32,599 nucleotides of DNA from Verrucomicrobiales bacterium (GCA_031411295.1 JANOAV010000020.1:1-32599); one strand, 5' to 3'. Shown: positions 1-9,339, counted from the stretch's first letter. Translations and numbers: made by a program. Notes: generated by a model from the sequence alone, not told the origin.

Positions 1-306
1 CACTCCGCGCCCCCCCGTGTGGGGAGGCGACGACTGGCTTGTGGGTGGTCTGGCGGGCAAAGTCGTTTCAATCCGCGCCCCCCCGTGTGGGGAGGCGACC
101 AAACCACTGCGGCAAGTGTTCGGTAACACGCCTGTTTCAATCCGCGCCCCCCCGTGTGGGGAGGCGACGGGAAGAGAAAAGCCCTGTAGGGGCCTCTTCC
201 CTGTTTCAATCCGCGCCCCCCCGTGTGGGGAGGCGACTCATCGGCACGGGCGACGGTGGCAGTGGCGAGGAGTTTCAATCCGCGCCCCCCCGTGTGGGGA
301 GGCGAC
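1..306 (-). CRISPR. Type I-C CRISPR array, leader-proximal end; 5 repeats visible (first cut by the window edge) and 4 spacers
   Basis: 35-bp repeat GTTTCAATCCGCGCCCCCCCGTGTGGGGAGGCGAC at 65-99, 134-168, 203-237 and 272-306, plus a partial variant at 1-31 (CACTCC instead of CAATCC). Spacers are 33, 34, 34 and 34 bp. On the minus strand it reads GTCGCC...GGATTGAAAC, the I-C style 3' handle. Adjacent to cas2. Confidence 0.97.
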
Positions 307-491
307 CCCACCACTGTAACATACTAAGCCTCAACTGCGCAAAAGGTCATTTCCGCGAACGTTACGGAAAAAATAAATTACGCTAGGTTATTCTAGCTGA
401 TGAAGCTGTCAAAGAACTGATGATCAATGGGTTACAGCATTTGCGAACCCTCCGGTTTAGCGTGCGAGCGCTGCACCTTCGCGCAGGGTGA
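307..491 (-). promoter_or_regulatory. CRISPR leader
   Basis: AT-rich non-coding stretch between the cas2 stop and the first repeat. Contains GCGAAC motifs (about 355-360 and 443-448) and an IHF-like site gATCAAtgggTTA at 422-434. Confidence 0.75.
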
Positions 492-782
492 TCAGATGAT
501 CAATGGACCTTCGATATTATATCCGGCTTTCGCACCGTGATGCTCCACGCGGTGTTCCCAATTATTTCCCAAATAGTAAAAGCGAATGCTGTCCGTCTGG
601 TCATCCATAATCTTCATTAGGCGACCTTTCAAGGTGGCAAATTGCCCGGGATCTACTTTGCACTCAAAGACGGAATTCTGCACGCGCTGCCCGTAGTCCA
701 AGCAGGCTTTGGCTACGTGGCGCAGTCGGCGGGTGCCACCGGTCGTGCTGGTCGCCACATCATAGGTTACGAGGACATACAT
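492..782 (-). CDS. cas2: CRISPR-associated endoribonuclease Cas2
   Basis: 96 aa from the ATG at 782: MYVLVTYDV...[23 protein letters not shown]...DSIRFYYLG. Confidence 0.97.
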   Translation of the reverse strand: MYVLVTYDVATSTTGGTRRLRHVAKACLDYGQRVQNSVFECKVDPGQFATLKGRLMKIMDDQTDSIRFYYLGNNWEHRVEHHGAKAGYNIEGPLII

Positions 783-816
783 GGCGGCTGAAGTCGGGTG
801 AGCATTAGTTGTAAGG

Positions 817-1857
817 TCATTTCCATAAGAAAGCGGGGTAAGCATCCAGATCTCCGCGGAGATGCCGGGCTAAGAGTCGGGCCTGCAATTGCGGCAGCAG
901 ACCAATGGTGGTCTTCTCCTGTAAGAATGGATGCATGATCTCATCCCGCTTCCGTTCCTGCCATGCTACAAGCACCTTCTTCCGTGATTCATCCTTCAAT
1001 AGCACGGCACCGTTTTCCTTGGTCTGGAAGTCTTTGCTAGTGAGTTGCTGGCGGTTAAATAAGTTCAACATCATCCGATCCGCCAAGAGGGCGCGGAACT
1101 CCTCCATGAGGTCCAGCGCCAGCGATGGCCGTCCTGGGCGGTCCCGGTGCAGGAAACCGCACTGGGCATCCAAGCCACAAGACTCACAGGCAGAGCGGCA
1201 ATCGTGCATCAGCAGCGAATACAAAAAGCCCAAAAGGCAATTCACTGGGTCTAATGGTGGACGACGGTTGCGTCCATCAAAGCCAATCTCCGGATCATGA
1301 TTCGTCAACAACATGGGCAGCGCGGTAAAGTAAGCCACCGCAGCTTCCCCTTCCACACCACGCAGACTATCCAGGCTCGTTACGTGGCGCGTCAACGGAA
1401 TGCGACTGGCCATGACATCCGCCGTTTGCTGCAAGACAAAGGCCCGGCTTGGATCACGCTCTCCATGATCACGAATCGCCCGCATCACCACCGTGCGGGC
1501 ATTGGAAATCTTGGCCGCCACCATGTTAGCCGCAATCGCCACAGACGCCGCTTCGTGGTCAGCCCGACGATATTGCTCCCGACGCAAGAGCACGTTTCCT
1601 AATGTGAATCCATTCACTGCCACCAAGAATTTGCCATGAGCATTGTGAAACGACAAACTAACCTTCGCCTCCGCACAAGCGGCCATCAGGGCTCCAGAAG
1701 CAGACACATCCCAAGCCATGGCCACAATGCCATCCAGGTTATGCAGCGGAACGCGCAACTTGGTTTCCCCTTCATGGCGCACTTCCACGGCCTCCCCGTC
1801 TTTCCGCAGATAGGCGCCTTCCAGGGTCACGAACAAGGTATTGAGGTGCGTCTTCAT
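817..1857 (-). CDS. cas1: Type I-C Cas1 integrase
   Basis: Motifs [52 protein letters not shown] and YPAFLWK. Start taken at MKTHLN (1857), overlapping the cas4 stop. Confidence 0.97.
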   Translation of the reverse strand: MKTHLNTLFVTLEGAYLRKDGEAVEVRHEGETKLRVPLHNLDGIVAMAWDVSASGALMAACAEAKVSLSFHNAHGKFLVAVNGFTLGNVLLRREQYRRADHEAASVAIAANMVAAKISNARTVVMRAIRDHGERDPSRAFVLQQTADVMASRIPLTRHVTSLDSLRGVEGEAAVAYFTALPMLLTNHDPEIGFDGRNRRPPLDPVNCLLGFLYSLLMHDCRSACESCGLDAQCGFLHRDRPGRPSLALDLMEEFRALLADRMMLNLFNRQQLTSKDFQTKENGAVLLKDESRKKVLVAWQERKRDEIMHPFLQEKTTIGLLPQLQARLLARHLRGDLDAYPAFLWK

Positions 1858-2468
1858 AGGTCTTGTTCTAATTCCTTGGCAAACCAATCCGCCACCGTCC
1901 CCCGATGTTTACCGGCCAACGGCTGGCAGATATCCATCAGCGAACAGTTCTCACATTTTTGCTTCACGTAGTCCGCTGGAGGAGTCACCCCGGACCCCAC
2001 CATGGCATGGAAATCGTTGCTCGTCGCCGCTACTAACTTTCGCAGATCGGCATCAAACACCACCTCCATCCGCCGCCGAGGAGCACCGTAAAACAGCTCA
2101 CCACGAGGAATCACGCACTGAAGCATTGCTTCCAAACACATCGCCTGCGCACACAACTGAACCTCGTCGGCCCGATGCAATTTCGGTTTCCCCCGCTTGT
2201 ATTCCACCGGCACCACGCGTCCGTCCCGATGGAATTCCACCACATCGCAGATGCCATAGAGCCCCAACTCTTCAGACCCCACCGGCATTCCCCGCGTAAT
2301 GCGAATTCCCTCCCTCGATTCATCCGGCCCCTCATGCGCTTTATCATGCATCACCCGCCCCTCCGCCGTGAACCGGTTCTCCGACCATTGCTGCTCCAGA
2401 TGAATCAACGCACACTGCCGTGGGCAATAAAGCATGTGCTGGAGCGCAGAAATGGGGAGAAGGTCCAT
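1854..2468 (-). CDS. cas4: Cas4 exonuclease (PAM processing)
   Basis: PISALQHMLYCPRQCALIH, G-x-x-D-x-x-E...PVEYKRG and QLCAQAMCLE motifs, plus a C-terminal CxxCS...C Fe-S cysteine set. Confidence 0.96.
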   Translation of the reverse strand: MDLLPISALQHMLYCPRQCALIHLEQQWSENRFTAEGRVMHDKAHEGPDESREGIRITRGMPVGSEELGLYGICDVVEFHRDGRVVPVEYKRGKPKLHRADEVQLCAQAMCLEAMLQCVIPRGELFYGAPRRRMEVVFDADLRKLVAATSNDFHAMVGSGVTPPADYVKQKCENCSLMDICQPLAGKHRGTVADWFAKELEQDL

Positions 2469-2618
2469 GGAGTGGTGTTGAGCTAGGAGATAGAGTTAAC
2501 GAAACCAGGGCCGGGCCAAACACAGCATCACACCCTGCACACAAACTCCGGCAAAATCTTTGGAGCCACCTGATTTCAGAACATCATCCAAAGGCTGGCC
2601 ATCGGAAGCGATGCGCTG

Positions 2619-3500
2619 TCAAAACCCTTCAATGACTTGTGGCTTGAGGCCCTCAAGCTCTTGAAATGAAGCAGAACCATTAGGCTCTACCGTGAGTGAA
2701 CGATGAACTTTGGCCGAAGAGTATTGCCCGCTCTCGCAGTTATGATCCCACCAGATCACTTGGAGAATTTGCATGCTACCATCTGGGCGAGCAGAGGAAG
2801 CATCATTTTCAAAGAGCTTTGGTAATATCGACTTAAAAGTCTCTGCGTCTTGATTTGAGAACTTGGTCCTTTTTGCCAACTGCGGATTCATGCTGCCGTA
2901 GAAGACATAGACACCTTCGTCCACACGATGCTTCATCCCCATCGTGTCAGAGCCTCTTGTTTTGCCATCGCCTTCACCACTGACACTCTTGGTAATTTGG
3001 GTGCTGGTTACACTCACTGGCAAAACACTGAATGCTGGGTGAAGGGAGACGGGGCCACGAATCCCAATTGAGACACCAGCCTTATCAGCTTTTGCGCTTT
3101 CTGCGTCCTCAGCAGAACTGGCCTGGGCTGCCTTGCCTTTACCCTTGGTGCTTGCCTTCCCCTTATAGGCGAAAAGTTGTCCGAAAGCGCGGACGTCGAA
3201 CCATGTTTTGCAGGCAAGTTCTGCAATTTCATCGGAAGTCTTCGCACCTGCCATATTGGCATCGGCACGACTACGGAGGCTGGGATGTTCATCGATCTTT
3301 CGGTCATCAGATTGAACGAAAATGGGAACCCCAGTTTCAAGCAAACGGTCCCGGATTTTGCGTTTGATACAGACATCTGAAAGCTCACCGAAGCCCTCGT
3401 AGGTGGTGCGTGGGCGGTTTCCGTTTAGTGGGTCGCCATTTGGGTTGGCGTTTTTCACGGATAGGATGACAGCGAAATCAATTTTGTGGTCTAGGCTCAT
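2619..3500 (-). CDS. cas7: Type I-C Cas7/Csd2 backbone subunit
   Basis: NANPNGDPLNGNRPR, SDVCIKRKIR, DVRAFGQLF, IRGPV, TMGMKH and ENDASSARP motifs. Confidence 0.96.
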   Translation of the reverse strand: MSLDHKIDFAVILSVKNANPNGDPLNGNRPRTTYEGFGELSDVCIKRKIRDRLLETGVPIFVQSDDRKIDEHPSLRSRADANMAGAKTSDEIAELACKTWFDVRAFGQLFAYKGKASTKGKGKAAQASSAEDAESAKADKAGVSIGIRGPVSLHPAFSVLPVSVTSTQITKSVSGEGDGKTRGSDTMGMKHRVDEGVYVFYGSMNPQLAKRTKFSNQDAETFKSILPKLFENDASSARPDGSMQILQVIWWDHNCESGQYSSAKVHRSLTVEPNGSASFQELEGLKPQVIEGF

Positions 3501-3551
3501 ATTAGTGTATTGTATGTTATGGATTTTGTTGTTAGGTTGAGACGTTTTGAA

Positions 3552-5516
3552 TTAATCATCAGCTTCTTCAGTGGATAAGGTCTCCTCGGAGGGATTGCTC
3601 TTCTTTCCTCGTTTCTCCCAGAGGGCGGATCTCTGACAGTGGTAGGCGAGCAAAAATTCCCCAGACAGTTTCCTGTCGGTTTTGAATTCTTCGGATTTGA
3701 ACATTCCCATGATCTCCTGTTGCTCTTTTTCGTAATCCATCAGCCAGCCTGGCCTTCTCGATCTGAGTCGTTTTTTATAAGGATCCAAGGATAATTCGAT
3801 AGTCCTCCATGTGGAAAATGGGTGATCCGCAAACCGTTGCATCAAGCGTCCCGCGTTGGTGTCTCGGTTTTCGTCTGCAAGGTTCAATGCGCTGGCCTCT
3901 AGGTGGTCAGCGACTGCGAGAAGACGACCGTAAAGGTAGTCACAACTGGTATTTTCACGTTCTAGTGCCATTTGGTAGGTATGTTGGTTGATGGTTTGTT
4001 TTCGATAAAGGGCGCAGGCAATACCGAGGGCTTTTTCCCATTCCCAGTGATCTATTCCGCTTCGGCTCGAAGCGCGTCGCACGCAGTTATTCACGATGTC
4101 GATTGGGATTGGCTGAGCGTCGATAATGCAGGGAAGTAGTCGGCGGTAAGTGGCTGCGAGTAATTTATCGTCCAATCTGCGACCAAAAGCTGTGGTCGCA
4201 ATATCACGTGGAGAAGGTGCCCCGACGAATCGTCTGGCTTTGCCAAAATTTTGAAACCAACTGCATTTTGAGTGCCACGCCTCAATTCTGGCGAGAAATT
4301 CTGAAGCTTTCAATTCACGATAGTAGGTCACAGCGATTCGTCCTGGGGTGGCAGAATCTAACGCCAAAACGACTATGTCTTCGGTATTGCCTAATTCTGC
4401 ATGATAGCCGCTTATTTTTTGCTTTAGACGTAAGGCGAAGGCTTGCGCCACATGCGCGGAAGTCTGAGACGGAGGTGACTCGATTGCGGCCTTTGGCTGT
4501 ATCGCCTCCTCCTCTTCGTCTAAAAGGCTGAAGCTATCCGAGTCAAATTTTGGAATCGGTTTCCCCGAGGTAGCCCAAGCAACCACAGCTTGATCTCCGT
4601 CCTGACGCCCCTGCCGCTCCAAGAGCCACCGCAAAGTATTGTGGGCTTTTTGGCTCACATCAAAGGAAATCCCACAGGCCTGAGTTCCACCTGAATCGGT
4701 GAATTTTCCCCGGTAAGTAAATCCACTGCTGTCATTGGCCGAAATTAGTTTCGCCCCATCAGCAGCATTGCGAATTTTCTTGGGATGCTGGGTGGCGAGA
4801 AGTTCCTCAGTTCCTAAAATGTGACAGATGCCCTTTGTTGTTTGGGTGGAGAGATAGTAGTCTGCCCAACTCTGCCAAAGGTTGCGGTCCCAGCAGCACT
4901 GTGTGGCAAGGTCGCCCTCTAGGCTCACACTCCAACGGACAAACGCATCCGTAGGAACACCACCAGCTTTCATGGAAGCAAAAATGGCGGGGGTATTCTT
5001 TTTATCCCCCTCCCATTTTTCGAGAATCGAACCGTCCTCTGTAGTTGGCAGGACGCCTACTGTGCAAAGATCATGTATCAAGGTTCCGCGTTGGATGTAT
5101 TTGTGAATTGCCTGCACTCTCGGATGACTGTGCTGCGAGGTGCTCCACTTGCCAAGCAGGTCAAGGTATTCCACATGGGGCAATTTTGCGTCCTTACCCT
5201 TTCTCCCCTCTGGAGCCGCTTCGCCCGTGCGGGTGAAATAATCAGCCGCCAAATATTTGATTCTATCACAAAGCGGATGGCTGCAGATACCGCTGGTTCT
5301 GCCGGCAGAATCTTCCGTGCATGGAATGATGGTGTTCGCTTCCTCTTTGGGAACGACCCAAGCATTTCTGAAATTGCCGTCAGCATCAATGGAGACTTCA
5401 ATCTGCGTTTGCTGAACAATGTGGCAGATCGGTAACAAAGGGGCTTTGTCATTCTTGTCCCCGATGCTTCCGTTGCAGTTCTCGTAGGTCCGATATAATT
5501 TTTCGAGCCAGTTCAT
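3552..5516 (-). CDS. cas8c: Type I-C Cas8c/Csd1 large subunit
   Basis: MNWLEKLYRTYE, IIPCTEDSAGRTS, HPLCD, AKLISAND..FTYRG and YLYGRLLAVAD motifs; lies between cas5 and cas7. Confidence 0.94.
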   Translation of the reverse strand: MNWLEKLYRTYENCNGSIGDKNDKAPLLPICHIVQQTQIEVSIDADGNFRNAWVVPKEEANTIIPCTEDSAGRTSGICSHPLCDRIKYLAADYFTRTGEAAPEGRKGKDAKLPHVEYLDLLGKWSTSQHSHPRVQAIHKYIQRGTLIHDLCTVGVLPTTEDGSILEKWEGDKKNTPAIFASMKAGGVPTDAFVRWSVSLEGDLATQCCWDRNLWQSWADYYLSTQTTKGICHILGTEELLATQHPKKIRNAADGAKLISANDSSGFTYRGKFTDSGGTQACGISFDVSQKAHNTLRWLLERQGRQDGDQAVVAWATSGKPIPKFDSDSFSLLDEEEEAIQPKAAIESPPSQTSAHVAQAFALRLKQKISGYHAELGNTEDIVVLALDSATPGRIAVTYYRELKASEFLARIEAWHSKCSWFQNFGKARRFVGAPSPRDIATTAFGRRLDDKLLAATYRRLLPCIIDAQPIPIDIVNNCVRRASSRSGIDHWEWEKALGIACALYRKQTINQHTYQMALERENTSCDYLYGRLLAVADHLEASALNLADENRDTNAGRLMQRFADHPFSTWRTIELSLDPYKKRLRSRRPGWLMDYEKEQQEIMGMFKSEEFKTDRKLSGEFLLAYHCQRSALWEKRGKKSNPSEETLSTEEADD

Positions 5517-6223
5517 TCGAATAATCCTTTCTCATTTAGGCCGCTTGTTTTGGGTGGCGTTGCTTGCATGGGGCGGACGAATTTTCTAATAATTTCGGGA
5601 GCGTCAGGGCGGGCGAACTGGACGACTCCGTTCCTCATTGTGGGTCTGCTAAATCGGCTGTAGAGTTCCGGTCTTCCAATAGTATCTGGGTAGTCAAAAC
5701 CATGGAACATCAGACCATAGGACAGCTCGCCAGCCGTGTCGTAAAATCCTGGTGAACTTCCGAACGCGCAGGGCTCCACATAGCCCTGACATTCGCGCGT
5801 GCCCAAAAATATATCCCGTCGGCCTCCTTTGAGTAACATTCTCTGGGCCACCTCGAAATGCTTTCCTTCGTTTCGATCGTGCACTAAATCCTTGCGATGT
5901 AGGTTCCACTCAAAATGGGCAATTACTTGGTATTTCACCTGTGCTAGATAGGTGTAGGTCGCGAGGGTGTTACCGCCGCTAAAGTCTAGCGGTTTGATGT
6001 TTTTCGCCTCTGTGCGTATTGAATTCATGACACGAACCTGGTCTATGACCCAAGTGAATGTGGGCTTCCAATAAATGGATTCGGCAATCCCTTTGAGGGC
6101 TTCATATGTGGGAATGTGGTAGGAGCATTTCTCCCCGCCGATGCGCGTTACAGGATCGGTAAATAGGGCATAGCGTCCCCAAACGCAGAAGGAAATGCTA
6201 TTTTTTGGAGTAGTGTGGTTCAT
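5513..6223 (-). CDS. cas5: Type I-C Cas5 (Cas5d; pre-crRNA processing)
   Basis: VWGRYALFTDP, GGEKCSYHIPTYEALKGI, IYWKP and GGRRDIFLGTREC motifs; 4-bp overlaps with cas3 and cas8c. Confidence 0.96.
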   Translation of the reverse strand: MNHTTPKNSISFCVWGRYALFTDPVTRIGGEKCSYHIPTYEALKGIAESIYWKPTFTWVIDQVRVMNSIRTEAKNIKPLDFSGGNTLATYTYLAQVKYQVIAHFEWNLHRKDLVHDRNEGKHFEVAQRMLLKGGRRDIFLGTRECQGYVEPCAFGSSPGFYDTAGELSYGLMFHGFDYPDTIGRPELYSRFSRPTMRNGVVQFARPDAPEIIRKFVRPMQATPPKTSGLNEKGLFE

Positions 6224-8727
6224 GTGTCGTAGAATTGTAAGTCTGAGAGAGCTTCGTGGGTCACCCCGAGGTCTTTGTGGTAATGGCGGTCATCAAGATA
6301 GTAAATTCCTGAGCCTGCTTGGACTTCACGGATGGCGTTGTTGCTATTGAGCTTTGTGATCGTTCCAGGGAAGACATTCACGGTGAATTGCTGAGCCCGC
6401 CGCAGCAGCGGGATTTGCTTGTCGAGTGGATAGTCCTCGCTGGTAAATGCGGCGGCTAACTCACCAATGATCGCCTGTCCTTCTTTCCCATAAGGCACCA
6501 CGATTCCCCTTGTTGGAGCGTCGATTACCTTGAAGGATTGAGCTGCTGTTGAAAACGCATGACGCAGCGTCAGCGTCTCCTCATCTAGCGGGCGTTGGCG
6601 TCCGTATTCCTCCGCACCAACTGGGTTTTCAGACAATAAATGGAGCATGGAGGTATCGGCTGCGATCTGAGGCTCCTTTGTCTGCGCTTTTAAAGGGTAG
6701 GTCATCTCAGATGCCCTTTGGAAAAAATGATACTCGTAATATTGACGGATTCCAGCAGGTGATAAGAGATCATCATCCATGCCCATCGGATTCTTGCGGA
6801 AATTGTCTAAAACGGTTTCTGTGCATTCCTGCGCTTGGCGGATTTCTGGCAACATGGAAATTTTCTCCTCAGATAAATTCACAATGTGAATAGGTCCACA
6901 GGCACGGTTGCCGTTCCGATTGCAGCGGCCTCCAGCTTGAGCAATTGAATCCAGCCCAGCCAGCGACCTGATGACACAGCCGAAGTCCAAATCAACCCCC
7001 GCTTCGATCAGTTGGGTGCTGACACATATAACGGGCTGGCCATCCTCCAGTCGCAGACATTCATTGATCTGATTCAGTTTGGCTTTTCGATGCGCAGGAC
7101 ACATGTGCGTGCTGAGGTGGATTACCGCCGTGCCCTCTAGTCCATGGAACTGCTGGTAAATCTGAAGTGCGGCCTCCTTCGTATTTACAACGATAAGAAC
7201 ACTTCGATGTGCTGCCAATTGATCCAGAGTAAAAGCTGACACCTCTTGAAAAGTCCATCCGCCCGGACGTCTCTGATCTATAATGGACGTGCGTTTGAGT
7301 TTTTTAAACAGGCTTGTTGCGTCTTCAACGATTTCGCTTCCCATGCCAATGGCTGCGGCTCCAAGAGTTGGCTCTACTTCTCCGATTAGCGGCTGAGTAG
7401 CTGTGCAAAAAACGACTGTCGAATGGCAAAGATTCACCAAGAAATTCACCGAGTTGTTAAAGATGTGAATGGTCTTGATTGGCAGCGTTTGGATTTCGTC
7501 GAAGATAATAATCGCGTTGGCCAACTGATGCATCCTTCGGGTAGAATTCGTGCTCTTATCAAACAGGGCATTCAAAAGCTGCACGGATGTTGTGAAAATA
7601 ATAGGTGCGTCCCAGTTCTCCGAGAGCACTCGATTCCGCCATGTATCCGTCTCCGGCACAATATTTGAATGATGTTCCAATACTACCTCTTCCCCAAGAA
7701 TCGACCTCACCACTCGGGCATTCTGATCAATGATGGAGGTGTAAGGGATGACAAATATAATTCTCTCGATTCGCTCTTGGTTCTCTCGATTTGAATGAAT
7801 CGCAGCATGATTGAGGGCAAACCGTAGGCTCGCTAGCGTCTTGCCACCTCCCGTTGGCACTGTCAGTGTGAAAATACCTCGGGGCTTAGCAGCGGCGGAG
7901 AGGCATTCGTTTGAAATCTGGTTTCTCAGCAAATCTACGTTATTCCTGGCCGAAAGGCTACTGAGATGGGTGTCAAGTTTCTTAGCTAGGCTTGTCCAAT
8001 CTGGTGGTCGCCAGATCGTGCGAAAGGAAGCCGATTTCGGCTTTTCAAAATCGGCCGTATTCAGTCTGTCCGCATCTAGCAGGCAGCTAAATAAAAAGCG
8101 CGTTAGCGCCCCATAATGAAAGCTTCGTGGGATCGGAAGTATCACTGCTTTCTCTATGCGGGATGCTGCCGTCCTGAACTCGGCAAGCAGTTCATTAGAT
8201 TTGAGTAATTCCTCGATTTCAGAAAGTAGCGCACAATCCCCCTTGGACAGAACCTCATTAAAATGCGTTTTCTCCCGAGGTGACTTAGCTCGATTGATAA
8301 ATGGAGAACTCCCGTCCAAAGCAACAAAGTCCTTCATTCCTTTGCGAGCGTGGTGCGACATGACACTCACAGACAACATTTGTGCCAGAGCCCTACCTAG
8401 TTTGGAGCCACCCAACCTATCCCAAATTAGTTGAGCCCCAGCGGTCGCGTGGTCGATCTTTCCGCGTTTTTCCTCCGCTCGGACTTTCCCTTCTACCCCC
8501 ATTTGTCCTGTCGCCTCCCGGATATAAGTTTGAAAAGCGCATGAGTATTTGCCTAGGTCATGGCACAGTCCAACGAGTCGCCCACCTAACGGCATTCCAA
8601 CTGCTGCACCAAAAAATTCCGATAATTCAGCCGTCTGAATGAGATGATCCTTAACAGTCTGAGTCAAACCATCCCCCTCACGGAGGTGGGCAATAAATTC
8701 GTCGCATGTCTGTGTTGACGCCTTCAT
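6220..8727 (-). CDS. cas3: Cas3 HD nuclease-helicase
   Basis: HD domain (HDLGK, CLLDADR), Walker A VPTGGGKT, DEIQ, TAT, STQLIEAGVDLD and QAGGRCNR. Start taken at MKAS (8727) because the longer ORF overlaps the PIN gene. Confidence 0.96.
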   Translation of the reverse strand: MKASTQTCDEFIAHLREGDGLTQTVKDHLIQTAELSEFFGAAVGMPLGGRLVGLCHDLGKYSCAFQTYIREATGQMGVEGKVRAEEKRGKIDHATAGAQLIWDRLGGSKLGRALAQMLSVSVMSHHARKGMKDFVALDGSSPFINRAKSPREKTHFNEVLSKGDCALLSEIEELLKSNELLAEFRTAASRIEKAVILPIPRSFHYGALTRFLFSCLLDADRLNTADFEKPKSASFRTIWRPPDWTSLAKKLDTHLSSLSARNNVDLLRNQISNECLSAAAKPRGIFTLTVPTGGGKTLASLRFALNHAAIHSNRENQERIERIIFVIPYTSIIDQNARVVRSILGEEVVLEHHSNIVPETDTWRNRVLSENWDAPIIFTTSVQLLNALFDKSTNSTRRMHQLANAIIIFDEIQTLPIKTIHIFNNSVNFLVNLCHSTVVFCTATQPLIGEVEPTLGAAAIGMGSEIVEDATSLFKKLKRTSIIDQRRPGGWTFQEVSAFTLDQLAAHRSVLIVVNTKEAALQIYQQFHGLEGTAVIHLSTHMCPAHRKAKLNQINECLRLEDGQPVICVSTQLIEAGVDLDFGCVIRSLAGLDSIAQAGGRCNRNGNRACGPIHIVNLSEEKISMLPEIRQAQECTETVLDNFRKNPMGMDDDLLSPAGIRQYYEYHFFQRASEMTYPLKAQTKEPQIAADTSMLHLLSENPVGAEEYGRQRPLDEETLTLRHAFSTAAQSFKVIDAPTRGIVVPYGKEGQAIIGELAAAFTSEDYPLDKQIPLLRRAQQFTVNVFPGTITKLNSNNAIREVQAGSGIYYLDDRHYHKDLGVTHEALSDLQFYDT

Positions 8728-8728
8728 G

Positions 8729-9112
8729 CTATAGAATGTTGACTGGATATTGACGAACCAAAGGATCAGAACTGGCCAAGACCAATCCGTGGACGAGGGC
8801 TTGGCAGATGATGATTCTATCGAATGGATCGTTGTGGTGCTTGGGGAGATCCTCGAGCGCATAGGTGGGTTCGGGAAACAGCGGAAGTGATTGGATGCTA
8901 AGTCTCCGACGGCCTTCGATCAGATAAAATTTGGGCGACTGTTTCAGGTGCAGTTTCCCGATGGAATGCTTGATGGCGATCTCCCAGTCAGAAACCACAC
9001 TCAGAAATAGTTGGTTCTGTGGATTTGCGAATGCCTCCCGGTAGGCTGCCGAGAGCCTTTCATCGCCAGCTAGGAACCAAATGGCGTCACACGTATCGAG
9101 GAGAATGTTCAT
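8729..9112 (-). CDS. vapC: PIN-domain (VapC-family) toxin
   Basis: MNILLDT, S..S.WEIAIK..IGKL, HHNDPFDRIIICQA and LASSD motifs with the acidic PIN residues. The stop codon lies 1 nt before the cas3 ATG. Confidence 0.92.
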   Translation of the reverse strand: MNILLDTCDAIWFLAGDERLSAAYREAFANPQNQLFLSVVSDWEIAIKHSIGKLHLKQSPKFYLIEGRRRLSIQSLPLFPEPTYALEDLPKHHNDPFDRIIICQALVHGLVLASSDPLVRQYPVNIL

Positions 9113-9159
9113 TTATTGTCTGAAGAGTATCGGGAAATGGATCGAAGTCAAGACAGCTA

Positions 9160-9179
9160 ATTATTAAGAGCCCACTGAA
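9160..9179 (-). promoter_or_regulatory. PAM (TTC) plus partial protospacer for the crRNA-like RNA, in the putative promoter of the vapC-cas3 operon
   Basis: Minus strand reads TTC|AGTGG-G-CTCTT-A-ATAAT versus spacer AGTGG-T-CTCTT-G-ATAAT. Lies 48-67 nt upstream of the vapC ATG, just downstream of TTGCAA (9187-9192) and covering an AT-rich TAATAAT. Confidence 0.8.
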
Positions 9180-9239
9180 TATGTTCTTGCAAATTGTTGC
9201 TCACTAAGTCAATTTCGACGCGCGGATCTACAGTCTGCA

Positions 9240-9339
9240 GTCGCTCTTGTAACGGGAGCGAGGATTGAAATAGTGGTCTCTTGATAATGGAAGTGCAGTT
9301 GTTCGTGCAGTTCATCTGAACTGCACGGCAACTCACTTC
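9240..9339 (+). ncRNA. Solitary CRISPR repeat, short spacer and hairpin: putative crRNA-like regulatory RNA (CreR/CreA-like)
   Basis: 32-nt GTCGCTCTTGTAACGGGAGCGAGGATTGAAAT (9240-9271) has the I-C repeat layout (GTCGC stem-loop, ATTGAAAT handle). It is followed by an ~18-nt spacer (9272-9289) and a long stem-loop (9290-9339). Confidence 0.8.
9290..9339. terminator. Long stem-loop directly after the antitoxin stop codon; possible bidirectional terminator or 3' end of the crRNA-like RNA
   Basis: GAAGTG-c-AGTTG-tt-CGTGCAGTTCA-tc-TGAACTGCACG-g-CAACT-CACTTC; 11-bp perfect core. There is no clear U-tract. Confidence 0.5.

Noticed and set aside
32..271. Self-targeting by array spacers within the window
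   Set aside because: No match to any of the four spacers was noticed by eye; a computed search is needed for certainty.
17..386. ORFs 17..319 and 39..386 with repeated peptides
   Set aside because: They are translations of the CRISPR repeats, not genes.
8728..8862. N-terminal extension of the Cas3 ORF
   Set aside because: It overlaps the PIN gene out of frame; the ATG at 8727 gives a normal Cas3 start.
9118..9148. GTCTGAAGAGTATCGGGAAATGGATCGAAGT, faintly like a second degenerate repeat
   Set aside because: It has no stem-loop, lies 91 nt from the real solitary repeat, and no target was found for the sequence after it; it may be chance.
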